A DNA stretch of 44,468 bases, taken from IMG/VR virus record IMGVR_UViG_3300027828_000046, positions 1 to 44,468 of that record; one strand, given 5' to 3'. Positions 7,807 through 17,204 of the stretch are shown here, piece after piece. Within the stretch, counting starts at the first letter, position 1; the number at the start of each line of letters is the position of its first letter. Below the pieces are notes generated by a model. The model was not told where the DNA came from. It searched no databases and saw only the letters and a program-made list of their open reading frames with translations. Made by a program: the position numbers and the translations under genes. The DNA is from a virus (Duplodnaviria > Caudoviricetes).

Positions 7807-8895
7807 TTATTTTGTCACCCATGAACCATTTTCATAAAAATTAAATTGATTATCTGTAGTATTATAAACAATCATTCCATTAATTCCAGTCATTGCATTT
7901 CTTTCTGTTGTTGTAACATTAGCAACAACCATTGTTCCTGTTACTGAATCTGCTGTTAAATTTCCTTTTGAATCAAAAGTATATCTTTGTTGTAAAGCTT
8001 TTGTGCTATCTGCAACTTCAACAAATAAAGCAGAATCTTGATAACTAGAACCAGCTTTTGCAGACAATCTTGCCATATCAATACTTCCAGCAGTATTTTC
8101 CCACATAATTCCTAAATGGGCTCCTGCACTAGCAGCTGCATTTCTAAGGGTCAAAAAATTTTTTGATGGTGATGTTGAATTATGTTTAACAATCATCATA
8201 TCACTTGGGTCTTTTGCTAATCTATGAAATTCAATAAAATTTTCAAAACTTGAGTCACCTGAATTTCTTCCATTTAATTGAAAAGCATCTCCTTGACCTG
8301 CTAATTCATATTTACCAGCTGGACTAACTTGGTCTGTTTCTACAAATTCAATATCTGGATTAGGTGAATCTAATCTAATACTAGCTGCTCCACCAGCTGT
8401 TGAAACATCATTAATTCTTACTAGTGGTCTATCAAAAGCTGCATTAGTTGATTCAATCAATAAAGGATTAACACTTGCACCTGGAGTAGATTGTGAAGTA
8501 GATAATTTAATCATATTATTAAGTAATGAAGTATCATTGTCAGTCAATAATATTGCTTTTCCTGTTCCATTTAAATCTCCTCCTAATTCTGGAGTTGTAT
8601 CTTCTAATAAATCATTAATTCCAGTATTAATCCACGCACCATTTTCATATTTTTGAAATTTATTTAATGTTTCATTATATATTAAATCTCCATTAACAGG
8701 TGTTAAAGCATCTCTTTCTGTTGTTGTCAATGATTTAACTTGTAAACCTGCATGATTAACAATAGTTCCTTCAAATTTTAATTTTTGTTTTAACCCATTT
8801 GTTGAAACTTCATTCACAATTGTTGCCGAACCATTTAACCAATTAGCATCAACAACATCTCCAACACCATCTGCAAAATCTTCTTTAATTACCAT
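7807..8895 (-). CDS. Tail fibre-like protein with duplicated module
   Basis: Two copies of TTTERxAxTxxNGxxxYNxTxNxFxxYENGxW. Confidence 0.6.
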   Translation of the reverse strand: MVIKEDFADGVGDVVDANWLNGSATIVNEVSTNGLKQKLKFEGTIVNHAGLQVKSLTTTERDALTPVNGDLIYNETLNKFQKYENGAWINTGINDLLEDTTPELGGDLNGTGKAILLTDNDTSLLNNMIKLSTSQSTPGASVNPLLIESTNAAFDRPLVRINDVSTAGGAASIRLDSPNPDIEFVETDQVSPAGKYELAGQGDAFQLNGRNSGDSSFENFIEFHRLAKDPSDMMIVKHNSTSPSKNFLTLRNAAASAGAHLGIMWENTAGSIDMARLSAKAGSSYQDSALFVEVADSTKALQQRYTFDSKGNLTADSVTGTMVVANVTTTERNAMTGINGMIVYNTTDNQFNFYENGSWVTK

Positions 8896-8896
8896 T

Positions 8897-10558
8897 TTAA
8901 CTTAAAGTTACTCCTCCTTCTATTAATCTTCTTCTATCTCTATCATCTAAGGCAAGCATTAATTTATCAATTGATGCTTGGTCTGTTAATTGATTATTCA
9001 TAATTGTATCACCTGTAATATTTACTTCTTGTTTTGATTCTCTAAAAGCTTTTAAAAATTCTTCATCCCTGGCAGCTTTATCAACTTCTCTTTGTTTTTT
9101 ATCGGATTCAATTTCTTTTAAATCTTCTAATAATCTAGTTCCCGCACTTTCTAAACGGACTCTTCTCTCTTCAGTTATTTGTGTTAAAGTTTGGGTTGGT
9201 TTCAAACCAGAAACTTTTGCTTCAGTCAATTCAGTATCAATTTTGAATTTTCCTAAATCAATATTTTCTATTTGTTTGAATTCTGGTAAAATTTTATTAA
9301 CTCCATTAATAATACTATTAAAAAAATTTTCTATTTGACCAGTCATTCCATTTATAGCATTAAATGTAGTCAATTTAATACTTTCCCAAATGAATTCCCA
9401 ATTATTAAATAAAAATGATAAAGTATCTGTAATTGTTCCAACAGATTCTATAATAATAGTTGTTAAGAATTTAATAAGTGCAACATTAGTTTTTATACTG
9501 TCAGCAATTCCTAAAAAATTTCTATCCCATAAATCTTTAAAAAATCCAATAATTCCACCTATTAAATCGAAAGTACTTTTAAAAGTTGAACTTAAACCAT
9601 CAAATGTATCAATTATAAAATCTTTATTTTCTTCAAATGCACCCCTAACAAAATTAAAAATATTTGTTAAATTTTCACCAATGAATGTAAAAGCAACTTC
9701 TGCATTTTCTTTCCATGCTGTAAATATTTCTGCTGCTGCTGTTCCTTCTTGTGTAAAACCTTTTAAATTTGTAACAAAATCAGCAATTTTTGTAATTCCT
9801 TTTGTAGCTATTGGCAAAAATACTTGTCCTAATTCAACACCTAAATCTTCAATTCTCGCTTTAGCAATTCTTGTTTGATTTGCAAAAGAACTTTCAGTTC
9901 TTTCAAAATCACCTATAGCATTTTTGGATTGCTCCATTGCAAGTTCTAAAGTAGCTTGAGCTTTTGCTTGTCTTAAAGCTTCACCTGTTAATTCACCCAT
10001 ACCATTTTTTAAAACTCTAGCATTAACATCAGCTTCTAAAATAGCAATTCCATAAGTTTTTAAAGATTCTCTTTCACCTAATAAAGCTTTTGTTAAAGCC
10101 TGTGAAACAGCTTCAGCACCACCTGTTGCATTTGTAAATGATGCTAAATCTACAGCTAATTTATTTACTTGTTCTGACATTCCTAAAGCTTCATCTCCAG
10201 CAAAACCAAAACCAGTCAATAAATCCCCAGTATCACCTAATAATTTTTTTGCAGCTTTTCCAGATAAACCAAAATTTTTTTGTAAATCTTTTGCAACTTG
10301 TTCAGATTTTTCAGAAACATCATCAAACACAACTCCAAATTTTGAAGCAGTTTCTTCAAAATCTGATGCTAAATCTATAGCTTTACCAATTCCAACAGCA
10401 GCAGCAGCACCAAAAGCCGTGAAAGCTAAAGCTCCTGTTTTTGCAAGAGAACCAATATTTCCAAAAACTGATTTAGATTTTTTATCTACTTTATCAAATA
10501 CTTCTGAAACATTATCATCTCCGTTAATTATTACTTTTACACTTTCAACTGTTACCAT
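8897..10558 (-). CDS. Tail tape measure protein
   Basis: Ala/Gly-rich helical protein with LAVDLASF, LLGERESLKTYGI, GDFERT..SFANQ and aromatic-spaced repeats; follows the chaperone gene. Confidence 0.9.
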   Translation of the reverse strand: MVTVESVKVIINGDDNVSEVFDKVDKKSKSVFGNIGSLAKTGALAFTAFGAAAAVGIGKAIDLASDFEETASKFGVVFDDVSEKSEQVAKDLQKNFGLSGKAAKKLLGDTGDLLTGFGFAGDEALGMSEQVNKLAVDLASFTNATGGAEAVSQALTKALLGERESLKTYGIAILEADVNARVLKNGMGELTGEALRQAKAQATLELAMEQSKNAIGDFERTESSFANQTRIAKARIEDLGVELGQVFLPIATKGITKIADFVTNLKGFTQEGTAAAEIFTAWKENAEVAFTFIGENLTNIFNFVRGAFEENKDFIIDTFDGLSSTFKSTFDLIGGIIGFFKDLWDRNFLGIADSIKTNVALIKFLTTIIIESVGTITDTLSFLFNNWEFIWESIKLTTFNAINGMTGQIENFFNSIINGVNKILPEFKQIENIDLGKFKIDTELTEAKVSGLKPTQTLTQITEERRVRLESAGTRLLEDLKEIESDKKQREVDKAARDEEFLKAFRESKQEVNITGDTIMNNQLTDQASIDKLMLALDDRDRRRLIEGGVTLS

Positions 10559-10727
10559 TTTTATCTATGTAAATAAAAAATGTTATTGCAAATAAAGCCG
10601 ACTGGTCTTTAAAACCTCCAGCCCTTGGCAATATTTTATATTTTTCAAATATATAAACATCTTCTATAATTGCCCCCATTTTACGAGATACAGGGAGACC
10701 ACTTTTTGCTCTCGTTAATTGTTTTTT
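10545..10727 (-). CDS. -1 frameshift extension of the tail assembly chaperone (gpGT-like)
   Basis: Slippery A-AAA-AAC at 10727-10721; the -1 frame stays open to TGA at 10547-10545 and encodes LPRAGGFKDQSA. Confidence 0.8.
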   Translation of the reverse strand, partial: KKQLTRAKSGLPVSRKMGAIIEDVYIFEKYKILPRAGGFKDQSALFAITFFIYIDKNGNS

Positions 10728-10996
10728 ATTTCTTGCTCTTTCAAAATTTTTCCAACAAATTCATCTAATTCTTTTCCAACTAACATTGGACATTGTTTTG
10801 CATCAGAAATATTAACAGGTTTTCCAGTTTCATCTTTAACTGTTCTAAGAATTAATTCTCTTGTGAATTTTCCTCTTAACATTCTGCTTCTATTTTCATC
10901 ATCGAAAACAGTGCAATTATCTTGTAAATCTAATAAATCACCATATGAAATATCATTTATTGTGAATTTTTTTCCATCAATTATTTTTTCTACCAT
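10715..10996 (-). CDS. Tail assembly chaperone (gpG-like)
   Basis: Between tail tube and tape measure genes; ends at a slippery heptamer. Confidence 0.8.
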   Translation of the reverse strand: MVEKIIDGKKFTINDISYGDLLDLQDNCTVFDDENRSRMLRGKFTRELILRTVKDETGKPVNISDAKQCPMLVGKELDEFVGKILKEQEIKNN

Positions 10997-11094
10997 TGTA
11001 GTTCCTCGATTTTAACATTATAAAATCATTAGAGGATTAAAGTTTTGAAACTTTTATTGCCTTAGCAAATCCTCAATATAAAAAAATTTATACT

Positions 11095-12006
11095 TTAAAA
11101 AGTATAAGTCGCATTTGTTGCATTAACTTCAACAATAGTTGTACTTCTAACTTCTGCAACACTTGCCACATCAATTTCACCTTCAACTGGTGTTGGTTCT
11201 GGATGTGCATTGAAAACAACTTGATGTGTAATTGTTAAACTTTCTGTTCCTCTTGCCCATGTTATAACAACTGGTACTTCTGTTCCTGCTTTGAATGGTG
11301 TTCTTGCTGAATCTGAAGCCAATTTAAATCCTAAATTTAAAGCTTCTGTTAATTCTTGAGGACAAGGTTCATCGATTGTTTCTCCTAATTGTTCTTGACT
11401 TAAAGTGTTATTTCTTGTATATTCATAATTTGTAATCTTTAAATCATTTCCATTAACTGTAACTTTTCCCCCAGAAATATCACCAAATCTATATGGAGTT
11501 GTTGTTGATGCTGATGCTGTTTTTTGTGCAACAGTAGCTCTTCCATTACCAATTACAGCATTTTCAGCTTCTAAATATCCACCTTCTGAACAAGATAATT
11601 TAAACTCGTTAGTTTTACATCCTGTAGTTTCTTCAATAATACTTGAAACACTTCCCCTTCCTTTCTTTTCATGATAAACTGAATAACTTGGAATTGTGTC
11701 ACCTGTTGTAAATGTATGAGTATATGGTCCACTTCCAGTTGTTACTAAAGTTCCGAAAGCAGCTAAAAAGAAACTTGCGTCTTGAACTCTCCACATAACA
11801 GGACCTTGATATAAAGTTTGTATTATATCAATAGCAGAAACTTCTCTACTTAAATCTTGAGTTCTATTCATAATAGTAACTTTTGATTCTTGAATATCCC
11901 AATTTTGAGTCTTACCAAACCATAAATATGATGTTGGTGCTGTTCCATATGTTCCTTCAACATTTGCTAATGTTTTTGTTAAACTTGCTGTAAATTTACA
12001 TGTCAT
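11095..12006 (-). CDS. Major tail tube protein
   Basis: EGTYGTAP, PYTHTFT..DTIPSYSV, TGCKTNEFKLS, YTRNNTL motifs; syntenic position. Confidence 0.85.
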   Translation of the reverse strand: MTCKFTASLTKTLANVEGTYGTAPTSYLWFGKTQNWDIQESKVTIMNRTQDLSREVSAIDIIQTLYQGPVMWRVQDASFFLAAFGTLVTTGSGPYTHTFTTGDTIPSYSVYHEKKGRGSVSSIIEETTGCKTNEFKLSCSEGGYLEAENAVIGNGRATVAQKTASASTTTPYRFGDISGGKVTVNGNDLKITNYEYTRNNTLSQEQLGETIDEPCPQELTEALNLGFKLASDSARTPFKAGTEVPVVITWARGTESLTITHQVVFNAHPEPTPVEGEIDVASVAEVRSTTIVEVNATNATYTF

Positions 12007-12178
12007 CTTTTTTTACCTCTTCTTTAATTTTTTCCAAAGTCCAACCTTTTGCCAAACTTGCTTCAATTTCTTTTTTATTTTTATCAGTAACCAAAATCTT
12101 GTCATTTGGTTTGTAATGTCTCCCTAAAATTGGAATACTTACATTTTTATTTTTTTCTGAATATTTTAATGTATACAT
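11996..12178 (-). CDS. Small hypothetical protein of the tail module
   Basis: Tightly coupled to its neighbours. Confidence 0.7.
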   Translation of the reverse strand: MYTLKYSEKNKNVSIPILGRHYKPNDKILVTDKNKKEIEASLAKGWTLEKIKEEVKKDDM

Positions 12179-12180
12179 TT

Positions 12181-12702
12181 TTAACTCTCTAAACTTCCAT
12201 CGATATTAACTAAAATAACATCCGCAAAATTTTGATTATCTGATGCACTTACAAGAGAAAAATTAAATTTTACAAATGAATTATTTGTCAATATTAAATT
12301 TGAATTATTTGTAAAAGTATTTAATACTTGGGCAGATATTTTATCACGCCATGACCTTTGATTTATTTTAGCAGCACTTAAATCAATATGAACTTGCCAT
12401 GCTGCACCTTCAAAATCAAAACAAGTTGAACCTTGAGCATCAACTTTAATTTCTGCAATGTCAACAGGTTCAATTGAAATAATTGGACCATTTCCAATTG
12501 TTTTCTTTTTTCCAACTATAATCCATGTTCTTGGGTCAATCCATTCACCAGAACTTTTTAAAGTTGTTCTATCCGATTCATAATCTTTTGGGTGATGTAC
12601 TAAAGAAGTATAAATATTAGGATTCCCAGCAGAATCCACACCTCTTAAGACATCTCTCAGAAGTTTTGCTATTTCATTTTTATAGTTCCCAATATTTACC
12701 AT
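12181..12702 (-). CDS. Tail terminator/completion protein (putative)
   Basis: Synteny after the gp10-like gene; PIISIE...WQVHID pattern. Confidence 0.55.
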   Translation of the reverse strand: MVNIGNYKNEIAKLLRDVLRGVDSAGNPNIYTSLVHHPKDYESDRTTLKSSGEWIDPRTWIIVGKKKTIGNGPIISIEPVDIAEIKVDAQGSTCFDFEGAAWQVHIDLSAAKINQRSWRDKISAQVLNTFTNNSNLILTNNSFVKFNFSLVSASDNQNFADVILVNIDGSLES

Positions 12703-12745
12703 CTTATTATTATTTATATTTCAAGATTTATATATAATAACTTAT
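12703..12745 (-). promoter_or_regulatory. Late-type TATA promoter
   Basis: Minus strand ttatatataaatcttgaaatataaataataataagATG; shares TTATATATAAATC with the sites at 17171-17204 and 19612-19646. Confidence 0.55.
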
Positions 12746-13086
12746 TTATAGACTTTAGAAATAGAATTAGCTATGAATTTTGAATTTTTTCTAGCAGCTT
12801 TTAACATAAAATATTTTCCAGAAATATATCTTGTCCCAATTTCTTGCCAAATACCATAATTTACAGAATCTGAAACTTTCCATTTTAAGAATTTAATTTT
12901 TGAAGTATGAATTCCACTTCTTAAAATACCTTTATTAACTGGTGCCCCAATTTTAGCATCCCTTTCAACTCTAAAAGCACCTTCACCCATTACATCATCT
13001 ACTTCATTTATTTTCTTTGATTTTTTTTTAAATGTTCTACTCAAAGAACCTAAACCAATTATTTTTGTAGAAATAGAAGCAACCAT
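12742..13086 (-). CDS. HK97 gp10-like tail completion protein
   Basis: AKIGAPVNKGILRSGI...YGIWQEIGTRYISGKYFM matches the APVxTGxLRxSI / YxxxxEFGT pattern. Confidence 0.85.
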   Translation of the reverse strand: MVASISTKIIGLGSLSRTFKKKSKKINEVDDVMGEGAFRVERDAKIGAPVNKGILRSGIHTSKIKFLKWKVSDSVNYGIWQEIGTRYISGKYFMLKAARKNSKFIANSISKVYK

Positions 13087-13436
13087 TATGACATTCTTTC
13101 CTCTTGTAAAGCAAAGATAACATACTTGTTTAAAATGTATTTTGTTTGAACAACCGTATAAGACAAATTATTGTATATAAAATAATCATCTTGATTTATA
13201 GTTGAACCTTTTTTTGTATGAATAGAAATCATCTTATTTGTATCATATTTAGTCTCAAAAATTTCTCTTTCTTGTTTAGATAAATCTTTAATTTGACACA
13301 TTAAAGATAAATTATTAGTTGTTGGAACTGGTTCGTCATCATCATAATCCGGTGTTTGTGTTGTAGCAACTGTAAAATTTATTAATTCTCCTACAAGTTC
13401 TTGTCCGATATTTACGTGATTTGTTCCTCTATACAT
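13086..13436 (-). CDS. Head closure protein (putative)
   Basis: Synteny; C-terminal DYFIYNNLSYTV beta pattern. Confidence 0.6.
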   Translation of the reverse strand: MYRGTNHVNIGQELVGELINFTVATTQTPDYDDDEPVPTTNNLSLMCQIKDLSKQEREIFETKYDTNKMISIHTKKGSTINQDDYFIYNNLSYTVVQTKYILNKYVIFALQEERMS

Positions 13437-13440
13437 TTTA

Positions 13441-13782
13441 TTAATTATATTTTGGGTCTGAATTTACAATCATACCAGTGCCTTGACTTTCATTATCAGT
13501 ATTTAATCTAGTTAAAGCATCCATCCTAAGATTATATAAATCTAAATAAGTATCTGGATTTGGTTTTTCAAACTCAACATCAGCATTTTTTTTGATTTCT
13601 TTCCAATTAACACTTTTAGCTAATATATACGCGGAATAATATCTTAAAGCAATTTCATCATCTGTTATAGATAATAAAATTGATGTAGTGTCTGAAATAG
13701 CAGTACTAAATTGATTATCAACAATTTCAGTAATACTTGTCAATGTCATATATTCCCTAAGAGTAGCCGCATTTAATACCAT
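13441..13782 (-). CDS. Head-tail adaptor (putative)
   Basis: Synteny; helical ALRYYSAYIL...TYLDLY pattern. Confidence 0.6.
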   Translation of the reverse strand: MVLNAATLREYMTLTSITEIVDNQFSTAISDTTSILLSITDDEIALRYYSAYILAKSVNWKEIKKNADVEFEKPNPDTYLDLYNLRMDALTRLNTDNESQGTGMIVNSDPKYN

Positions 13783-13784
13783 TT

Positions 13785-14042
13785 TTAGTTTGTTGGAATT
13801 TCAACTTTTGCTTTTGTTTTTGTTTTTGTTTTTGTTGTTTCTGTTTTTGTTTTTGTTGTTTCTGGTTCTTCTTCAATTTCTTCAACCTCAACAAATTCTT
13901 CTAAACAATCACCAATAATTCCTTCTTTTTTCAATTTTTTTTCATCAGAAGCATTTAATTCAACAACTTGTCCATATTCATATGAATTTTCACCCATTGC
14001 AAATCTACCATTAGTAACTTTATATTTTTTTAATTTTTCCAT
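13785..14042 (-). CDS. Small post-capsid protein with Lys/Thr low-complexity tail
   Basis: YKVT...YEYGQVVEL...LKKEGII followed by an acidic run and TKTKT repeats; own TATA box at about 14068-14080. Confidence 0.75.
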   Translation of the reverse strand: MEKLKKYKVTNGRFAMGENSYEYGQVVELNASDEKKLKKEGIIGDCLEEFVEVEEIEEEPETTKTKTETTKTKTKTKAKVEIPTN

Positions 14043-14092
14043 CTTAAATTAAATAAAAACTTTAATATTTATAAAGTTTTTTAAAAAAAACT

Positions 14093-14998
14093 TTATGCCC
14101 AACCTGTAATTTTAACAACAGAAGTAGGGAAAGGAACTTCAACTGGTCCTAATCTTGCTTCAACTCTTCCTCTTAATTCTTTTTCGAATTTGTTGGATTG
14201 TGAGTTACTATCAATAATAGATTGAGTAGTTTTAGCAACAGGCATTCTAACTAATTCTCTTTCTTTTGGAATTAACATTGCTGTACCTGAGGCAATAGTT
14301 CCACCACTTGCTAAAGACTTTGTTGCATCAATTTCAGTTTCTAAAACAATACTTAAATTAGGAATGTTTCTTTTAACTAAATCTGCAATACTAGCATTAG
14401 AAGAATTATCTACAATTTTTTGCATTGCTTTCCATTCTTGGTCTGCTAATACTAAAGTGTATTGTCTACTTCTAAATTTAACTGGAATCTTTTGAAAAGC
14501 ATTAATAACTTCATTAACAATATTTAATGAAGATGTTGTTAAAGCTGTTCCTGAGTAAGATGTAACTCCAGATAATTCTAAAATTCCCGGAAATTCACCA
14601 AATTCTAAGTCTCCTCTATAACATAAAGTATTGATTTTTTCATCAGTTGCTCTTTTTGCTCTTTCAACATATTCTAAATTTAATGGTCTTCCGAAACTTT
14701 TTGCTGATTCAATATCGGATTTTAAAATACCATATTCAATTCCAACTTCGTCAACTGTATAAGTAACGTTTGTTCCATTGATTTTTAATTTATCAAATCT
14801 TGAACCTCTTCTAACAATTCTAGCTACACCAGAATCTGTTAAAATCCTATAACTTCCAACTTCTGTATTAGGATTTCCTAATAATAAAGGTTGAAATACT
14901 TGTGAGTAAGTTAAATCTAAATCTGGTTGTCTCTTAGCAATCTTTTCAATAAATTCAACTTCTTCTTTTCTTAAATGTCCTGAGTCTTTACTTATCAT
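14093..14998 (-). CDS. Major capsid protein, HK97 fold (encapsulin-like / DUF2184-type)
   Basis: 301 aa after protease and cement genes; DIESAKSFGRPL, DEKINTLCYRGD...GIL and EARLGPVEVPFPTSV motifs. Confidence 0.88.
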   Translation of the reverse strand: MISKDSGHLRKEEVEFIEKIAKRQPDLDLTYSQVFQPLLLGNPNTEVGSYRILTDSGVARIVRRGSRFDKLKINGTNVTYTVDEVGIEYGILKSDIESAKSFGRPLNLEYVERAKRATDEKINTLCYRGDLEFGEFPGILELSGVTSYSGTALTTSSLNIVNEVINAFQKIPVKFRSRQYTLVLADQEWKAMQKIVDNSSNASIADLVKRNIPNLSIVLETEIDATKSLASGGTIASGTAMLIPKERELVRMPVAKTTQSIIDSNSQSNKFEKELRGRVEARLGPVEVPFPTSVVKITGWA

Positions 14999-15000
14999 TT

Positions 15001-15717
15001 TTATAATCTCATCATTCTAAATTTTGTATCAGCAGCGGAAACATTTTCCAAAGCGATACCTTCAGTGGAAACTGCTTTTGTTGCAGCAGCTGTTCCTCCT
15101 GTCATTAAATCTGGTCCATCAGCCGCAAAAGTTGTTAAAGCACTTGCTGTGATTAAAGCTGCAACGTCAGCATCTGCTGCAATTGCTGCTTGAACTTGTG
15201 CTATAGAACTAGTAGCATTTCCAGTAATTACTATTGCATAATTTGGAGCAGTACCTGTTACAACAGCTGTTTCAGCACCAGCTGCAACTCCTGTTTTAGT
15301 TTCAATAGAAATATAATTTCCTAAAGTTCCAAAATCAACAGCTGCAAAAACAACAGTTCCTACTGTTGCTGTTGCTTTAGTTCTTCCCGCTTCTGGTCCA
15401 TATTTTCCAGCAGCAGCACCTTTGACAAAGTCACCAGCAATTATAGCCGCACTTGAAGTTACATTTAATACTTCATCCTTTAATTTAACTAATACTAAAG
15501 AACCAGAATTGTAATTTTCTCCTGATGTACTAAATTCATTAGCAGCTTCAACCGCGTCTAATGGAACAGCCCAACCAATGGAATCAGTTGTTGTTCCTAC
15601 AATTACTCTTCCCTCTCTGGAAAGTTTAACTGGTGAATTGAAAGGAATAGTAGCTTCACATCTAAATGTGTTTGATACCTTTTCATCACTTCCAACCTCT
15701 GTTAAAATTGTAGTCAT
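15001..15717 (-). CDS. Capsid cement/decoration protein paralog 2, with an insertion of about 100 aa
   Basis: Near-identical segments to 15721-16140 (DSIGWAVPLDAVEAxNEFSTSGE, EVLNVTSSAAI, EGIAL). Confidence 0.75.
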   Translation of the reverse strand: MTTILTEVGSDEKVSNTFRCEATIPFNSPVKLSREGRVIVGTTTDSIGWAVPLDAVEAANEFSTSGENYNSGSLVLVKLKDEVLNVTSSAAIIAGDFVKGAAAGKYGPEAGRTKATATVGTVVFAAVDFGTLGNYISIETKTGVAAGAETAVVTGTAPNYAIVITGNATSSIAQVQAAIAADADVAALITASALTTFAADGPDLMTGGTAAATKAVSTEGIALENVSAADTKFRMMRL

Positions 15718-15720
15718 TTA

Positions 15721-16140
15721 TTAAAACCTCACAATTCTTATAGTAGCATCTGCACCAGCAGCAGCAGTTAAAGCAATTCCTTCACTAGCAACTGTTTTAG
15801 TAGTTGGTGTAGATTCTGGAGCATATTTTCCAGTAGCTGCACCTTTAACGAAATTTCCAACAGCGATTGCCGCACTTGAAGTTACATTTAAAACTTCACC
15901 TTTCATCTTTACCAAAACTAAAGAATCTGCATTGTATTGCTCACCTGATGTACTAAATTCATTTGATGCTTCAACTGCATCTAATGGAACAGCCCAACCG
16001 ATTGAATCAGTTCCTGTTCCAACAATAACAGTATTAGCAGCAGACAATTTAACTGGTAATCCAAAAGCAATAGCAGCACCAGCTTTAAATGTTGCTGAAA
16101 CATCTGTATCACTTCCAATCTCTGATAAAATACTTGTCAT
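15721..16140 (-). CDS. Capsid cement/decoration protein paralog 1
   Basis: Small Ala/Gly-rich protein between protease and MCP; AGAAIAFGLPV...AAIAVGNFV...GIALTAA pattern. Confidence 0.78.
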   Translation of the reverse strand: MTSILSEIGSDTDVSATFKAGAAIAFGLPVKLSAANTVIVGTGTDSIGWAVPLDAVEASNEFSTSGEQYNADSLVLVKMKGEVLNVTSSAAIAVGNFVKGAATGKYAPESTPTTKTVASEGIALTAAAGADATIRIVRF

Positions 16141-16141
16141 T

Positions 16142-17149
16142 TTATTCTTCCTCTGATTTTACACTTCTAAACATTGTACTAGTGTCACAATCTGACCCTT
16201 TCTCTGTTTCTTCACCATCTTTTCCTTGGATTTCAGAAGGTGCATTTTTTTTAATTTCTTCATGAGTTTTTTTGATTGATTCAGCATCAGCAGTTTTAAA
16301 AACTTGCTCCATTGCTGGCATCTTTTTGATTAAATCTTCTCTCATAGAATCAATTTCAGCTTTTTGTTCATCTTTAAAAACTTGTAATTCATCTTTAACA
16401 GTTTTTAATTCACTAGTTTTAGAATCAATTTCAGTCTTTAAAGTTTTTTTTTCTTCTTCACCATCTGTTACTTGTTTTTTTAATGATTCATTTTCAGTTT
16501 TTAAACCATCAAAATCTTTTTGTAACAAAGCGTGGTCGTTAGATAATTGAGTATATTTTTCTTCTACCATCTTTTTATTGTTATTTTTATTATCTGCACC
16601 TATTCCAAAATTTGGAAATGGAGCTCTACCTGGATGAACTTGTCCAAATCTATCTAAAAGAATTGCTAAGTGGTCTAATTTTATACTTCTTTGAATATAG
16701 TCATAAACTTTTCCTAGAAATTTTCCACTTTTATTTTCTTTAATAAATTTAAATCCGATTGAAACATCTATTCCCTCACCTTTTTTCAATTTTTCTTCAA
16801 GAATTTTTGTATCCTCATTTCTAAAAAGAACAATATCAGAATATAATTTATCTTGAAATTTTTCATCAAAAGAAGGTTTTCTTAAAAATCCGGATTGATT
16901 TTCAGCAGCTTCAGGCGTTGACATTTCATCAACACTTTTATCTGGGTGTAAAAATGTAACTGGCACATTTTGAACCTCAATTGTTTTTACTTCATCCAAA
17001 GGTTTATAGGCAAATCCATCGTCGTACTCCTGAACTTGTTCACCAGTCAAAGGAACATTGAAAATAGTGATATTTTTATCTGTAATTTCAAATTTTGCTC
17101 CCTTACTTAATTTAATATCATAACTTTTTGAAATAATATTTTCAGTCAT
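16142..17149 (-). CDS. Prohead protease-scaffold fusion (DUF2213-like)
   Basis: PVTFLHP, DVSIGF, YDYIQRSIKLDHLAIL, GRA motifs plus a C-terminal coiled coil. Confidence 0.85.
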   Translation of the reverse strand: MTENIISKSYDIKLSKGAKFEITDKNITIFNVPLTGEQVQEYDDGFAYKPLDEVKTIEVQNVPVTFLHPDKSVDEMSTPEAAENQSGFLRKPSFDEKFQDKLYSDIVLFRNEDTKILEEKLKKGEGIDVSIGFKFIKENKSGKFLGKVYDYIQRSIKLDHLAILLDRFGQVHPGRAPFPNFGIGADNKNNNKKMVEEKYTQLSNDHALLQKDFDGLKTENESLKKQVTDGEEEKKTLKTEIDSKTSELKTVKDELQVFKDEQKAEIDSMREDLIKKMPAMEQVFKTADAESIKKTHEEIKKNAPSEIQGKDGEETEKGSDCDTSTMFRSVKSEEE

Positions 17150-17170
17150 TTGTCCTTTGGTAATAATTAA

Positions 17171-17204
17171 TATATTTTATGATTTATATATAATATCTTA
17201 TTTA
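17171..17204 (-). promoter_or_regulatory. Late promoter, direct-repeat copy 1
   Basis: tatattttatgatttatatataatatcttattta; differs from 19612-19646 by one T. Confidence 0.75.

Noticed and set aside
13801-13862. ttttgt tandem repeats as a regulatory or contingency locus
   Set aside because: In-frame 6-bp units encoding a Lys/Thr tail; length changes would not shift the frame
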